Shown here in pieces: positions 1 to 9,009 of a DNA stretch of 59,734 bases. Positions within the stretch are counted from its first letter, which is position 1; each line of letters opens with the position of its first letter. This stretch comes from an uncultured Syntrophales bacterium. Its GTDB lineage: Bacteria; Desulfobacterota; Syntrophia; Syntrophales; JAAYKM01. The stretch spans positions 1-59,734 of the forward strand of contig CAYOYJ010000001.1 of the NCBI GenBank assembly GCA_964408155.1. The letters are read 5' to 3'. The position numbers were made by a program, and so were the translations under genes. The notes beneath the pieces were generated by a model, which did no database searches, was not told where the DNA came from, and saw only the letters and a program-made list of their open reading frames with translations.

Positions 1-60
1 CTAATTTTAGCAGAAGTTAGTAAAATAGAAGCAAAAATAAAGATATATTCAACTTGGAAA

Positions 61-543
61 ATGAACTATTTTCTAATTTCCGGTGGAGATCCAGAAGAAG
101 TACATTTTGTAGAGACAAAACCTGAAGTACCAAATCCAAATTATGAATACGTAGAAATAGGGTCACCAATCTTGGAATTTGATGTGATAGAACTCGGTGA
201 TAAGTCCAAAAGGGATAAATACCATAAAATATTGGATGAATGGATTGAATTAGACAGAGAAAATTACAAGTGGAGAAAAGCACACATTCCTTATGTTTAC
301 GGTTATTTTAAGTATACAACAAATGAGTCATTTTATGAAAAGACCTCGGAATGGGCTTTTAATTTCGTATACTCACCTCCAATATTCAATGAATTGAAAA
401 GTTCATTCACAAAAGCTGCAACTGCAATAGCAGTCCACTGCAAGGGCAACGGTTTTGATGAAGAATTAGGTTTACTAAAAGCTTACGTCAATAAATATTG
501 TGACCAATATTTGGATGATTTTGGGAAAGAACAATTCAAATAG
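61..543 (+). CDS. hypothetical protein (160 aa)
   Basis: Intact ATG-to-stop ORF in a visibly AT-rich segment (1 to ~600) that contrasts with the GC-rich DNA from ~780 onward. I recognise no motif. Confidence 0.45.
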   Translation: MNYFLISGGDPEEVHFVETKPEVPNPNYEYVEIGSPILEFDVIELGDKSKRDKYHKILDEWIELDRENYKWRKAHIPYVYGYFKYTTNESFYEKTSEWAFNFVYSPPIFNELKSSFTKAATAIAVHCKGNGFDEELGLLKAYVNKYCDQYLDDFGKEQFK

Positions 544-792
544 TAGCTTTGATATTATTATCATTTTGACATTTTCATAGTTCATCTTTTTTGAAAACAG
601 TCTTAGTCATTATTCTTGTCCCCCCTCATTAAGAGATCAAACTGTCTGTCTCTTCCCGAAAATAATCCATAAAACATAGTTTCTCTGTCTATAGCGTCTA
701 TAAGTGCCCACCTTCTTTGATTTTTCCAGACCACAGCCTTTACCATCGGCCCTAAAATTTGACCCCGAAACGACGGGGTGAAAGGGGGCGCG

Positions 793-2010
793 ATGGTGGA
801 CAAGGCAAGAATTCAGCGAAGCGGCAAGGCCAAATGGACGGTCATGGTCTACATGGCCGGGGACAACAACCTCGACGGCGCGGCCCTCCGGGACATCGCG
901 GAGATGGCCAGGGTGGGATCCACAAAGGACGTCAATGTCCTGGTCCAGCTTGACCGCCTGGAGGACAGGAAGACCCGGCGCTTTCTGATCACGAAAGGCG
1001 GCGGGTATGATCGGGACTGCGTGGAGACCTTCGGTGAGACAAACACCGGCGATCCCAAGGTCCTGGAGGATTTCCTCACGTGGTCCACCGAACGTTATCC
1101 CGCCGAGCGGTATTTCCTGATCCTCTGGAATCACGGCAGCGGCTGGTGGGAGGAGGCCAGGAGCCGGGCAGCGGCCCGGAGAACTCCCGATGTGCGATTT
1201 CGCCGTTCCGGTTCCCGAAGCTCTCTTTTTTGCCACAAGATTGACACCCCCGCACCTACTGCCCACCGGAGCATCTGCTATGACGATCACTCCGGCGGCG
1301 ACGCCCTGGACAACCGGGAACTGAAGGACGTTCTCGCCCGCGCCTGCTCCATCATCGGCAAGAAGATCGATATCCTCGGCATGGACGCCTGCCTCATGAC
1401 GATGGTGGAGGTCGCGTGGCAGCTTCGGGACTCCGTGGAGATCCTCGTCGGCTCGGAGATCGAGGAACCCAACGACGGCTGGCCCTATGCCGAGATCATC
1501 GCATTCCTCGCGGCGAAGCCGAAGAGCAAGACCCATATCGTCGCGAAAGAGGTCGTCAAGCAGTATATCGCCTCCTACCGGGATGAGGGTGAGACCGTCA
1601 CCCAGTCTGCCATCAATACGGCTGCTACCGTGGAGATCGTCCAGACGCTGAACCCCCTGGCGGCAGAAATTCTTTCCGATTTCGACAAGAACCGGAAGCT
1701 TATCGAGTGGGCCTGGGAGCGCGCCCCGAAGTTTTACGACGACAACTACCTGGATCTGTACGCCTTCGCCCGGAAACTCCGGAGCAAGGACGGGGGTCGG
1801 ATCAGGGAGAAGGCCGAGGCCCTCCTTGCCGCCCTCCGGACCGGAAAAACGAAGTCTCTCCTCTGTCAGGGAAAGCTGGGGCGGGATGTCGCCGGGACGA
1901 AAGGGCTTTCCATCTACTTCCCCGCCGACAGCATCAACCCCGCCTACCGGGGCCTGGACTTTGCCAACGACTGCCGGTGGGCCGACTTTCTGGAGAGGGT
2001 TCTGGGATGA
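793..2010 (+). CDS. clostripain-like cysteine peptidase (family C11)
   Basis: WTVMVYMAGDNNLD N-terminal strand is typical of C11 peptidases. Candidate His/Cys dyad lies in LILWNHGSGW and ILGMDACLM. The ATG at 793 is preceded by GAAAGGGGG; the GTG at 778 in the ORF track is less likely. Confidence 0.8.
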   Translation: MVDKARIQRSGKAKWTVMVYMAGDNNLDGAALRDIAEMARVGSTKDVNVLVQLDRLEDRKTRRFLITKGGGYDRDCVETFGETNTGDPKVLEDFLTWSTERYPAERYFLILWNHGSGWWEEARSRAAARRTPDVRFRRSGSRSSLFCHKIDTPAPTAHRSICYDDHSGGDALDNRELKDVLARACSIIGKKIDILGMDACLMTMVEVAWQLRDSVEILVGSEIEEPNDGWPYAEIIAFLAAKPKSKTHIVAKEVVKQYIASYRDEGETVTQSAINTAATVEIVQTLNPLAAEILSDFDKNRKLIEWAWERAPKFYDDNYLDLYAFARKLRSKDGGRIREKAEALLAALRTGKTKSLLCQGKLGRDVAGTKGLSIYFPADSINPAYRGLDFANDCRWADFLERVLG

Positions 2011-2570
2011 ACGCCGCCGACCGCTGGGACAGTCTGATTCAGTATTGGGCAGAGAAAGTCTGGCCGGGAACGGACTGGCGCCTTATCAAGTGTCAGATCC
2101 GCCAGGAGAGCGCCTTCAATTCAAAGGCCGTTTCCTCCTGCGGCGCCGTCGGCCTGATGCAGATCATGCCGACGACGGGTCAGTATCTCGGCGTTTCCCG
2201 GGACAAGCTCTTCGATCCCGAATCCAACCTGAAGACCGGGATCGCCTACTTGAAGCAGCAGTATGAACGCTTCCCGGAGATTCCCGACCATCGGGAACGG
2301 CTTCAATTCGCCCTCGCCTCATACAATGGCGGCCGGGGCTATATCAACCGGGCCATCGCTTTGGCCAGAAAGGAAGACGCCCCCTGGCAGACCTGGGAGG
2401 GCGTGAAACGCCATCTCGAAAGCGATGATTGTTCCGTGAGCGGCAAGCACCCCGACCACCGGCAGATCATCGCCTATGTGGACAGCATCTGGAACGACTA
2501 TGCCCGCCTGTCCGTTCCCCTGAGGGAGCGGGTCCGAGCGGCTGAACAGGACGGAGTGAACGGGCCATGA
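2007..2570 (+). CDS. lytic transglycosylase (SLT domain)
   Basis: IRQESAFN (catalytic Glu-Ser), GLMQIMP and ASYNGG motifs are present. ATG 2007 overlaps the upstream stop (ATGA). The 1707 start in the ORF track is an R/P-rich out-of-frame read-through of the upstream gene. Confidence 0.85.
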   Translation: MNAADRWDSLIQYWAEKVWPGTDWRLIKCQIRQESAFNSKAVSSCGAVGLMQIMPTTGQYLGVSRDKLFDPESNLKTGIAYLKQQYERFPEIPDHRERLQFALASYNGGRGYINRAIALARKEDAPWQTWEGVKRHLESDDCSVSGKHPDHRQIIAYVDSIWNDYARLSVPLRERVRAAEQDGVNGP

Positions 2571-2998
2571 CGGACAATCCCGACGGCGGCTTTGCCATGT
2601 ATGCCCAGCTCCTCCTGGAGAGCATCACGAAGCTCTCCTGCCAGACGGAGGAACTGAAGAAGCAATATGCCACCCTGGACAAGACCATCTGCCTCCTGAA
2701 GCAGGCCTACGAGGTGAACCTCCTGGCCGACCGACAGGTCATGAATGATCTGATCGCCCAGGTCAAGCGGATCTCCGATATCATCGAGGAACTCTCTTGC
2801 CGGGAGCATGCCGAGAAGATCGGGGACTTCCAGCAGCGGATCGGGGCACTGGAGGCGGGCATCACCCCGTCCCGGTGGGCCGCGAACTTCATCGACCAGT
2901 TCTTTCAGAAGACGGGCTGGATCTTTGGTGCGCTGATCATGGGGTCGGTCGGATACATCCTCTATCACGTCGTCGTAATGGCGCTTCGGTATCGATGA
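2567..2998 (+). CDS. hypothetical coiled-coil protein with C-terminal membrane anchor
   Basis: ATGA overlap with the SLT gene. The N-terminal part is Leu/Glu/Lys-rich and heptad-like. Hydrophobic C-terminal stretch WIFGALIMGSVGYILYHVVVMAL. Confidence 0.55.
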   Translation: MTDNPDGGFAMYAQLLLESITKLSCQTEELKKQYATLDKTICLLKQAYEVNLLADRQVMNDLIAQVKRISDIIEELSCREHAEKIGDFQQRIGALEAGITPSRWAANFIDQFFQKTGWIFGALIMGSVGYILYHVVVMALRYR

Positions 2999-3068
2999 GC
3001 GAAATATACCCCGTTCCTTTCCGGTGAGGCGAGGGACGGCATTCTCAGACGAAAGGAGGTGAGAGCAA

Positions 3069-3458
3069 ATGACGAAGCAGGGAAGAATGGTCGGCGCGCG
3101 GAAGCAGGAACTCGTTGACGCCGTTGCCGAGAAGGCGGGCATCACGAAGGCGAACGCCCAGACGGCCATCAAGTCCGTTCAGGACAGTCTCCTTGATCTT
3201 CTGGAGCAGAGCGGGAGGATTCAGCTCGCGAAGTTCGGGATCTTCAAGATGACCAGGACCAAAGCGCGTCAGGGCCGCAACCCGGCGACGGGTCAGCCCA
3301 TCACGATTCCGGCGGGCTACCGGATCGGCTTCAAGGTCTCCAAGACCTGGAAGGACAGCATGATGCTGCGGAAACGGTCGCAGGAGCAGAAGGCGGCCAA
3401 GCCGGCTGCGAAAGCAAAGGCAAAACCGGCGGCCGGGAAGAACTGGAAGAAGCGTTGA
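3069..3458 (+). CDS. HU/IHF-family DNA-binding protein with Lys/Ala-rich tail
   Basis: ELVDAVAEKAGITKANAQTAIKSV ... ARQGRNPATGQPITIPA (beta-arm RNPxTG signature). Unusual C-terminal extension QKAAKPAAKAKAKPAAGKNWKKR. An AGGAGG-like RBS (GAAAGGAGGTGAG) lies upstream. Confidence 0.85.
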   Translation: MTKQGRMVGARKQELVDAVAEKAGITKANAQTAIKSVQDSLLDLLEQSGRIQLAKFGIFKMTRTKARQGRNPATGQPITIPAGYRIGFKVSKTWKDSMMLRKRSQEQKAAKPAAKAKAKPAAGKNWKKR

Positions 3459-4006
3459 TGAAACAAAAAGCAGGGGATGCCGCAACCAAAGGAAGAGGAA
3501 AGACCGCCGCAGTGCCGGTTTCGGAACTTGCTTATCCGACGCCGGCCTGCAAGGTCCTCTTCTCCCCGAAGGCGGGCATCTCCAGGGAACTGTCCAGGCT
3601 GACGCAGGCGGCTGCGAAGGAAATCTCCGCGGCCGCCTACGCCTTCTCCTCGAAGTACCTGGGCAATGCCCTGGTCAAGGCCATGAAGCGGGGCGTCAAA
3701 GTCCGCCTGATCCTGGACATGAACAATGCGCGGAAATCCTATTCCATCGACGAATGGCTGATCGAAAACGGCATCGATATCCGCTTCATCAAGCTCAAGC
3801 GGGGCTGCATGCACCACAAGGTTCTGATCGTTGACCGCATCCACCTCATGACCGGCAGCTATAATTTTACCAACGATTTGGAATTCCGCAACCACGAGGC
3901 CGCCATTTTCACGGACGACGGCAATCTTGTCGCCCTCTTCATCGCCGAGTTCGAGCGTCTCTGGTCTCTTGCCGAACCCGTCACCGTTTCCGGGGGGAAG
4001 GGGTAG
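3455..4006 (+). CDS. PLD-family (Nuc-like) endonuclease
   Basis: A single HKD motif, HHKVLIVDRIHLMTGSYNFT (HxKx4Dx6GSxN), in a ~180-aa protein. The start overlaps the HU gene stop. Confidence 0.8.
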   Translation: MMKQKAGDAATKGRGKTAAVPVSELAYPTPACKVLFSPKAGISRELSRLTQAAAKEISAAAYAFSSKYLGNALVKAMKRGVKVRLILDMNNARKSYSIDEWLIENGIDIRFIKLKRGCMHHKVLIVDRIHLMTGSYNFTNDLEFRNHEAAIFTDDGNLVALFIAEFERLWSLAEPVTVSGGKG

Positions 4007-4089
4007 GGGTTGGGGGGAACAAAGTATTTGGAGTTATGCCGGTATTGAGACGATTTTCATCAAAAATTCAGTGATTTTGAGGCTATTTT

Positions 4090-4872
4090 ATGGTTCACGC
4101 CATACCCAAAAGCGGCATTGCCAGGACCTACCTGATCGAGGAAGATGAGGGCCTCATGGTCGTCGATGTGGGCAGCATCGGCGCCGTCCGGGACATCGAA
4201 ACATACTGCACCGGGATTGTGAAGAGGCCGCTTCAGGACATCCGGTTTATCTTCGCTACGCACTTTCACATCGATCACATCGGCGGGATCGGGTCCCTGC
4301 TGCAGAGATGCTCGCCGGAGACGCAGGTTCTGTTTCATCTTCGCGCGAAAGGATACATCGAGGGGCAGGAAGGCCTCGCGCCCATGCAAAACTGGCTGGA
4401 CGGCCTTGTCCCCACGATCCGGGAGAATTACTGCCGCATCGGAGACCTGTCGCATATCGCCTTTGAATCCCTTACCGGCGTTCCCCTGCCCATATTCAGC
4501 AACAACAGGCGCGTTCCATACGCGGACCGGGTATCCTATATCGACACGCAGGGCGTCTTGCTGCGCCGGATCGGGTTTTCCGACTGGCAGGCGGTTGCTA
4601 CGCCCGGCCACACGCCGGATTCCGTTTCCCTCTACAACGAAAAAGCACAGGAACTCATCAGCGGCGATCTCATTTTGGGTAGGCATGACGGCATGGGCTA
4701 TCTGAACCGCTTTTGCTGGGACGAGGTACTGGCGCGGGATTGTTTCGCCGTCCTGAACAATGTCCTCCGAGTCAGGGCGATTTATCCGGGTCACGGCGAG
4801 GTCATCCGGGACAATGAAAACGCCTTCGCTAAGGTTGCTTCTTTTCCTGAGAAGGGAGGTCAAAAAGCATGA
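4090..4872 (+). CDS. MBL-fold metallo-hydrolase
   Basis: THFHIDHIGG (HxHxDH) followed by PGHTPDS and YPGHG metal-ligand motifs. Confidence 0.8.
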   Translation: MVHAIPKSGIARTYLIEEDEGLMVVDVGSIGAVRDIETYCTGIVKRPLQDIRFIFATHFHIDHIGGIGSLLQRCSPETQVLFHLRAKGYIEGQEGLAPMQNWLDGLVPTIRENYCRIGDLSHIAFESLTGVPLPIFSNNRRVPYADRVSYIDTQGVLLRRIGFSDWQAVATPGHTPDSVSLYNEKAQELISGDLILGRHDGMGYLNRFCWDEVLARDCFAVLNNVLRVRAIYPGHGEVIRDNENAFAKVASFPEKGGQKA

Positions 4873-5795
4873 GCAGCCTTCCCGAACTTGAACGTGTCAG
4901 GCATATCACCCTCACTCCCGGCATGAAGCTGATCGTCATGTCCGACATGCACCGGGGCGATGGCTCCGGGGCCGATGACTTTGCCAAGAACTCCCTGATC
5001 TATCGCTGCGCCCTGAAGCATTACCTGGAAGAAGGTTTTACCTACATCGAACTGGGCGACGCCGAGGAGCTATGGGAGAACGACAATTTCGACCAGATCT
5101 ACATCACCCATACCCCGGTCTATGAGCTCCTGGCTAAATTCCATGATCCGGACCCGGCAAAGACCCGCTACCTGAAGGTGTGGGGGAACCATGACCTTTA
5201 CTGGAAGGACCACGAGGCAGTCTATCGGACGCTGTTCCCCGATATCGCGATTCATGAAGGGATTGTCCTGGAGAGCGGTAACCGGGAGGACAACGATGAG
5301 ATGGGCCGTGTCATCCTCCTCATCCACGGCCACCAGGCAGACCCGAAGTGCTATGGTGAGGGCGCGGTGGTCAGCAAATTTTTTGTCCATTATTTCTGGC
5401 CGGATCTCCAGCGCTGCGGGGTCAAGGACCCGACCCGGGCCGCCCTGAATCCAGGTCTGTGCAACGAGGTGGACAGGCGCCTCCATGAATGGGCAAACAA
5501 CAATGACCAGAGCATTGCCGCCATCATTGCCGGCCACACCCATCGGGCAGTTTTTGAAAACCTGTCGCTGACGGAGCGACGATACCTGGAATCCAAGATC
5601 AAGACCGAAGGCATCAAGATCAAGCACCAGCCCGACTGGAGCTATTACAACACCGGTTCCTGCGTCCACCCGCTGAGCATTACCGGGCTCGAAATCACTT
5701 TCGATGGCGGCACTGGCCCGCAACTTCGGTTGATTGAGTGGGGCCAGGCGACGGAGGGTCATGCGTTGACCATCCAGAGGGAGGAAATATCATGA
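4869..5795 (+). CDS. calcineurin-like metallophosphoesterase
   Basis: VMSDMHRGDG, ELGDAEELW, VWGNHD, LIHGHQ and AGHTH motifs occur in canonical order. The start overlaps the stop of the MBL gene. Confidence 0.8.
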   Translation: MSSLPELERVRHITLTPGMKLIVMSDMHRGDGSGADDFAKNSLIYRCALKHYLEEGFTYIELGDAEELWENDNFDQIYITHTPVYELLAKFHDPDPAKTRYLKVWGNHDLYWKDHEAVYRTLFPDIAIHEGIVLESGNREDNDEMGRVILLIHGHQADPKCYGEGAVVSKFFVHYFWPDLQRCGVKDPTRAALNPGLCNEVDRRLHEWANNNDQSIAAIIAGHTHRAVFENLSLTERRYLESKIKTEGIKIKHQPDWSYYNTGSCVHPLSITGLEITFDGGTGPQLRLIEWGQATEGHALTIQREEIS

Positions 5796-7057
5796 AGATA
5801 AAGCTCATATCGGCAGCGGTCCGGTCCCGGTCGAAGTGGTCTCAGATCATGACCCTATCCCTGCCGGCGTTGGCAGCGGCCACTCCTGAAGGGCATGACA
5901 TCACCATCGAGGATGAGAGGGTCAAGAAGATCCGTTTGGATGACACTCCCGATCTCGTGGGGATCTCTTTTGAGGTGTTCAGGGCCTACCGCGCCTATGA
6001 GATCGCCGATCATTACAGGCAGCGGCATGTGCCCGTGGTCCTGGGCGGGATGCACGCCTCGGTCATGCCGGAGGAAGGTCTCCTTCACGCCGATGCTGTG
6101 GTGGTGGGTGAGGCTGACGAGGTTTGGCCGCAGGTTGTCGCCGATGCCGAGGCTGGAAGGATGCGGGGAATCTACAAGGGCGATAGGGCGGTCGACCTGG
6201 CCAAGCTGAAACCGCCCAGGCTGGATCTGCTCGATGCTTCCCGGTATTTTCCGCTCTACCCCATTGAGGCGACGCGGGGCTGCACCCACGCCTGCTCGTT
6301 CTGCTCCACGCGCTACGTCCACGGCCTGGGATTCCGGACCCGGCCCATCGATCACGTCATGGCTGACTTGCAGCGGGCGGGGGATAAGATCATCGCTTTC
6401 CTGGACGACAACCTCGCTGCCGACGAGGCGTTCGCGAAAGCGCTTTTCACGGCGATGATCCCATACGGAAAGAAATTCTTCATGCAATCCCATGTCCTTC
6501 TCGCAGAAAACGAGGAGCTGCTCTCCCTGGCTGCGAAGGCGGGTTGCCTCGGAGTCTTTGTGGGGGTGGAGTCCGTGTCCGCTGCCGCGCTTTCTGAAGC
6601 GAACAAGGGGTTCAATAAGGTCGAGCGCCTGAAGGACAACATCGCGCGGTTCCACGATCGCGGCATCCTGGTGGACGGAGGGATCATCTTCGGATTCGAC
6701 ACCGATACGCCGGACGTGTTCGACCGAACCATCGAGGCCCTGAAAAGGGTGAAAATCGACAGCGTCGCCGTCAACATCCTGATCCCCTATCCGGGTACTG
6801 AGTTCTATCGGAGATTTGAAAGGGAGGGGCGCATCATCTGCACCGACTACTCGAAATACACGGGCGGCACGGTGATCGTGAGGCCGAAGAACATGACCGT
6901 TGAGCAGCTTCAGGCGGGCTATAACCGGTTCACGAAGGATTATTACCGGATGATGGAGATCGTCTACCGGGCCTTCAAGCAGCCCAACGCCGTGGCCACG
7001 ATTACCCGGCTCATCGCCAATGTGGGGCACAGGGTGAATTGTATGATAGGTGAATGA
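5792..7057 (+). CDS. B12-binding-domain radical SAM protein
   Basis: N-terminal Rossmann-like B12-binding layout (VVLGGMHAS, VVVGEAD) followed by EATRGCTHACSFCS (CxxxCxxC). ATG 5792 overlaps the upstream stop (ATGA). Confidence 0.85.
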   Translation: MKIKLISAAVRSRSKWSQIMTLSLPALAAATPEGHDITIEDERVKKIRLDDTPDLVGISFEVFRAYRAYEIADHYRQRHVPVVLGGMHASVMPEEGLLHADAVVVGEADEVWPQVVADAEAGRMRGIYKGDRAVDLAKLKPPRLDLLDASRYFPLYPIEATRGCTHACSFCSTRYVHGLGFRTRPIDHVMADLQRAGDKIIAFLDDNLAADEAFAKALFTAMIPYGKKFFMQSHVLLAENEELLSLAAKAGCLGVFVGVESVSAAALSEANKGFNKVERLKDNIARFHDRGILVDGGIIFGFDTDTPDVFDRTIEALKRVKIDSVAVNILIPYPGTEFYRRFEREGRIICTDYSKYTGGTVIVRPKNMTVEQLQAGYNRFTKDYYRMMEIVYRAFKQPNAVATITRLIANVGHRVNCMIGE

Positions 7058-7103
7058 GGAGGCACGCATACAGCCCGACGACCGTACGCTCAGACTCCCC
7101 TAA

Positions 7104-7841
7104 TTACTTAATGCTCTTCGCATATTTTTTTATTTTATCAACCATGGCCCGTGGGAATAAGGCAAAAGATATATCCTGCCCCTTATCTTTCATGAAGTAT
7201 AGAATAGATACGCTTTCGTTAAGGTATTCACCTGGACTTTGAAAATTCTGCAATTCTCTGACGATATTGCCATGACAGTTTCGCAACTTGATATTTGAGC
7301 CACAAGGGCAACTCATATGTCCGCGATAATTATCGTCGGCAAGGATTTTTAAAAAAGCCATGACCGCCAAATCGTCATTGATTTGAAAAAGTCCTTTATA
7401 TGACTCTAAAATTCCATTCACCCCGTGAGATAGTTCCCCGTATGGCATTTCTCCGCATTTTTCTCTGTAACTGTAGGCGTATAGGAAGGGGATGAGTAAG
7501 TCTTCGACAAATCCCAGCAGGGTTTCTTGTTTGCGGAATTTTATTCTTGTTTCAATAGGGGAACCGAGGCAAAGTGTGTTGTCGGGATAGGTATGAAAAT
7601 CTTTCGATATTCTACCGCCGATTTCTTTTGCCGTCGGCAATATTTCGGGGTAATCTTCCGGGACCGTTATTTCTACTATATATTCATCTTGTATCGACAC
7701 ACCGTTGTATTGGGCTGAAAAAGACAGCTTTCCCGAAACGGATAAAGGGGAACTGCTGCTAACACAGCTTAGCCCCCTATACTTTTCCGTCAGATCATCA
7801 ATCTGTTGATGGATCAATTCCGACCGTTCCTTAATATTCAT
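7104..7841 (-). CDS. E2 (UBC-fold)-like CBASS ancillary protein with SEC-C-type zinc motif
   Basis: FHTYPDNTLCLGSP resembles the HPN...Cys active-site loop of E2 enzymes. C-terminal CPCGSNIKLRNCHG matches a SEC-C motif. The start overlaps the CD-NTase stop. The position equals a Cap2-like gene, but the protein is only E2-sized with no E1 domain. Confidence 0.6.
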   Translation of the reverse strand: MNIKERSELIHQQIDDLTEKYRGLSCVSSSSPLSVSGKLSFSAQYNGVSIQDEYIVEITVPEDYPEILPTAKEIGGRISKDFHTYPDNTLCLGSPIETRIKFRKQETLLGFVEDLLIPFLYAYSYREKCGEMPYGELSHGVNGILESYKGLFQINDDLAVMAFLKILADDNYRGHMSCPCGSNIKLRNCHGNIVRELQNFQSPGEYLNESVSILYFMKDKGQDISFALFPRAMVDKIKKYAKSIK

Positions 7842-9009
7842 TACTTCGCCAAGGCCTAATCGGATTTCTGATAATGGTTTCCGGGTGTTTATTCGTTACG
7901 ACTGAAACTGTGCCTGCATATACAGCATCACCGAAGGAAAAGGCATTAGTGACGGCTAAGGTCCCGAAGGCCCCTTTTAGCCTTTCGGAAACTTTGGAGA
8001 TATTGTCCCCCCCGATCATGGCCTCCAAATCGGCCTGTACTTTTATCATCCAGGCCATGAATTTTGTTTCTTTATCCGGATTCTCCTGCCATTTCTCCGC
8101 AAAATTTTCATTAGGGTTGACGGGGTTGAGAATCTGCACAATCCCATTTGTCCGCTTGATGTATTTCGGCATCTGCTTGACGATGTCGGTGAGGGCCTCG
8201 ATAAGGTCGGCCTGGTTATTGTAGGCCAGAGCCGCAAGTGTCGTTATGATGATAGAAATGGGGCGGTTGTCCGGATCATCAAGGAACGCTATGTCTCTGT
8301 GCCTTTTCAATAGCTGAATGGACCGCTGAAGCGGCGTTTTGACGAGATATTCAGGGACATCCTCGATGCCGGCGCGCATGCTATCCGCAATCATCTTCCT
8401 TCTGGCAGTGTACTGGACCTTCATCCGCTCCTTAAACCATGAGGCATACCCGCGTGGATTGCTGCGTGGCCAGTCATCGTCGTATTGATCGTAATTCCAG
8501 AAGGTTTTATCGGTGAGGCAGATCGCATATTTGGCCCATTCCGCTGGAATGCCTATCCCCTTTAGTGATTCTATGAATACTGTCTCCTCCGGGATGGTCG
8601 GGAGTATATCCATATGAAACTGAGCGCCATCGGCGTATTGTATTGTCCAGCAACGCCTGCCTTCTTTCTTGTCAAGCATCTGTACATACTTTTTATTTTC
8701 TTTTAACCTGTCCCCGATCATTTGCTTTAATTCTTTTTGCGTGACCTCTTGCTTTGAGAGCTCAAGCTGGCACACCAAGTCGATATCGTATTCATCGTTG
8801 TCGCTGATGGGCTTGACCACTGTACCCAGACGGAATGACCCCTGAGGGTATATCTCGGGGCTGTACGGGGCAAGCGGTGAGTCATCCTTGCCGAGCCATT
8901 CCCCGATAGCCTTGTAGTGTCCCTCTGCTTCTTTGTACCTGGTTTCGGAGATGTCGATGTTGTCTGTCAGGTTTTCCAGTGCTTTGTTAACTTGCTGTCT
9001 ATACTCCAT
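7831..9009 (-). CDS. cGAS/DncV-like nucleotidyltransferase (CD-NTase)
   Basis: Pol-beta NTase core: YPQGSFRLGT (GS), EYDIDLV (DxD) and FHMDILP (third Asp). About 390 aa. Lies between the patatin effector and the E2-like gene with overlapping start/stop codons. Confidence 0.75.
   Translation of the reverse strand: MEYRQQVNKALENLTDNIDISETRYKEAEGHYKAIGEWLGKDDSPLAPYSPEIYPQGSFRLGTVVKPISDNDEYDIDLVCQLELSKQEVTQKELKQMIGDRLKENKKYVQMLDKKEGRRCWTIQYADGAQFHMDILPTIPEETVFIESLKGIGIPAEWAKYAICLTDKTFWNYDQYDDDWPRSNPRGYASWFKERMKVQYTARRKMIADSMRAGIEDVPEYLVKTPLQRSIQLLKRHRDIAFLDDPDNRPISIIITTLAALAYNNQADLIEALTDIVKQMPKYIKRTNGIVQILNPVNPNENFAEKWQENPDKETKFMAWMIKVQADLEAMIGGDNISKVSERLKGAFGTLAVTNAFSFGDAVYAGTVSVVTNKHPETIIRNPIRPWRSNEY

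Noticed and set aside
637-1536. 299-aa minus-strand ORF antisense to the C11 peptidase gene
   Set aside because: It is a shadow ORF typical of GC-rich coding DNA. The translation is Gly/Ala/Arg/Pro-rich with no motifs, whereas the plus-strand frame has clear C11 signatures.
1707-2006. Long N-terminal extension of the SLT ORF
   Set aside because: It overlaps the C11 gene in another frame and is R/P/G-rich. The ATG at 2007 with an ATGA overlap is the sensible start.
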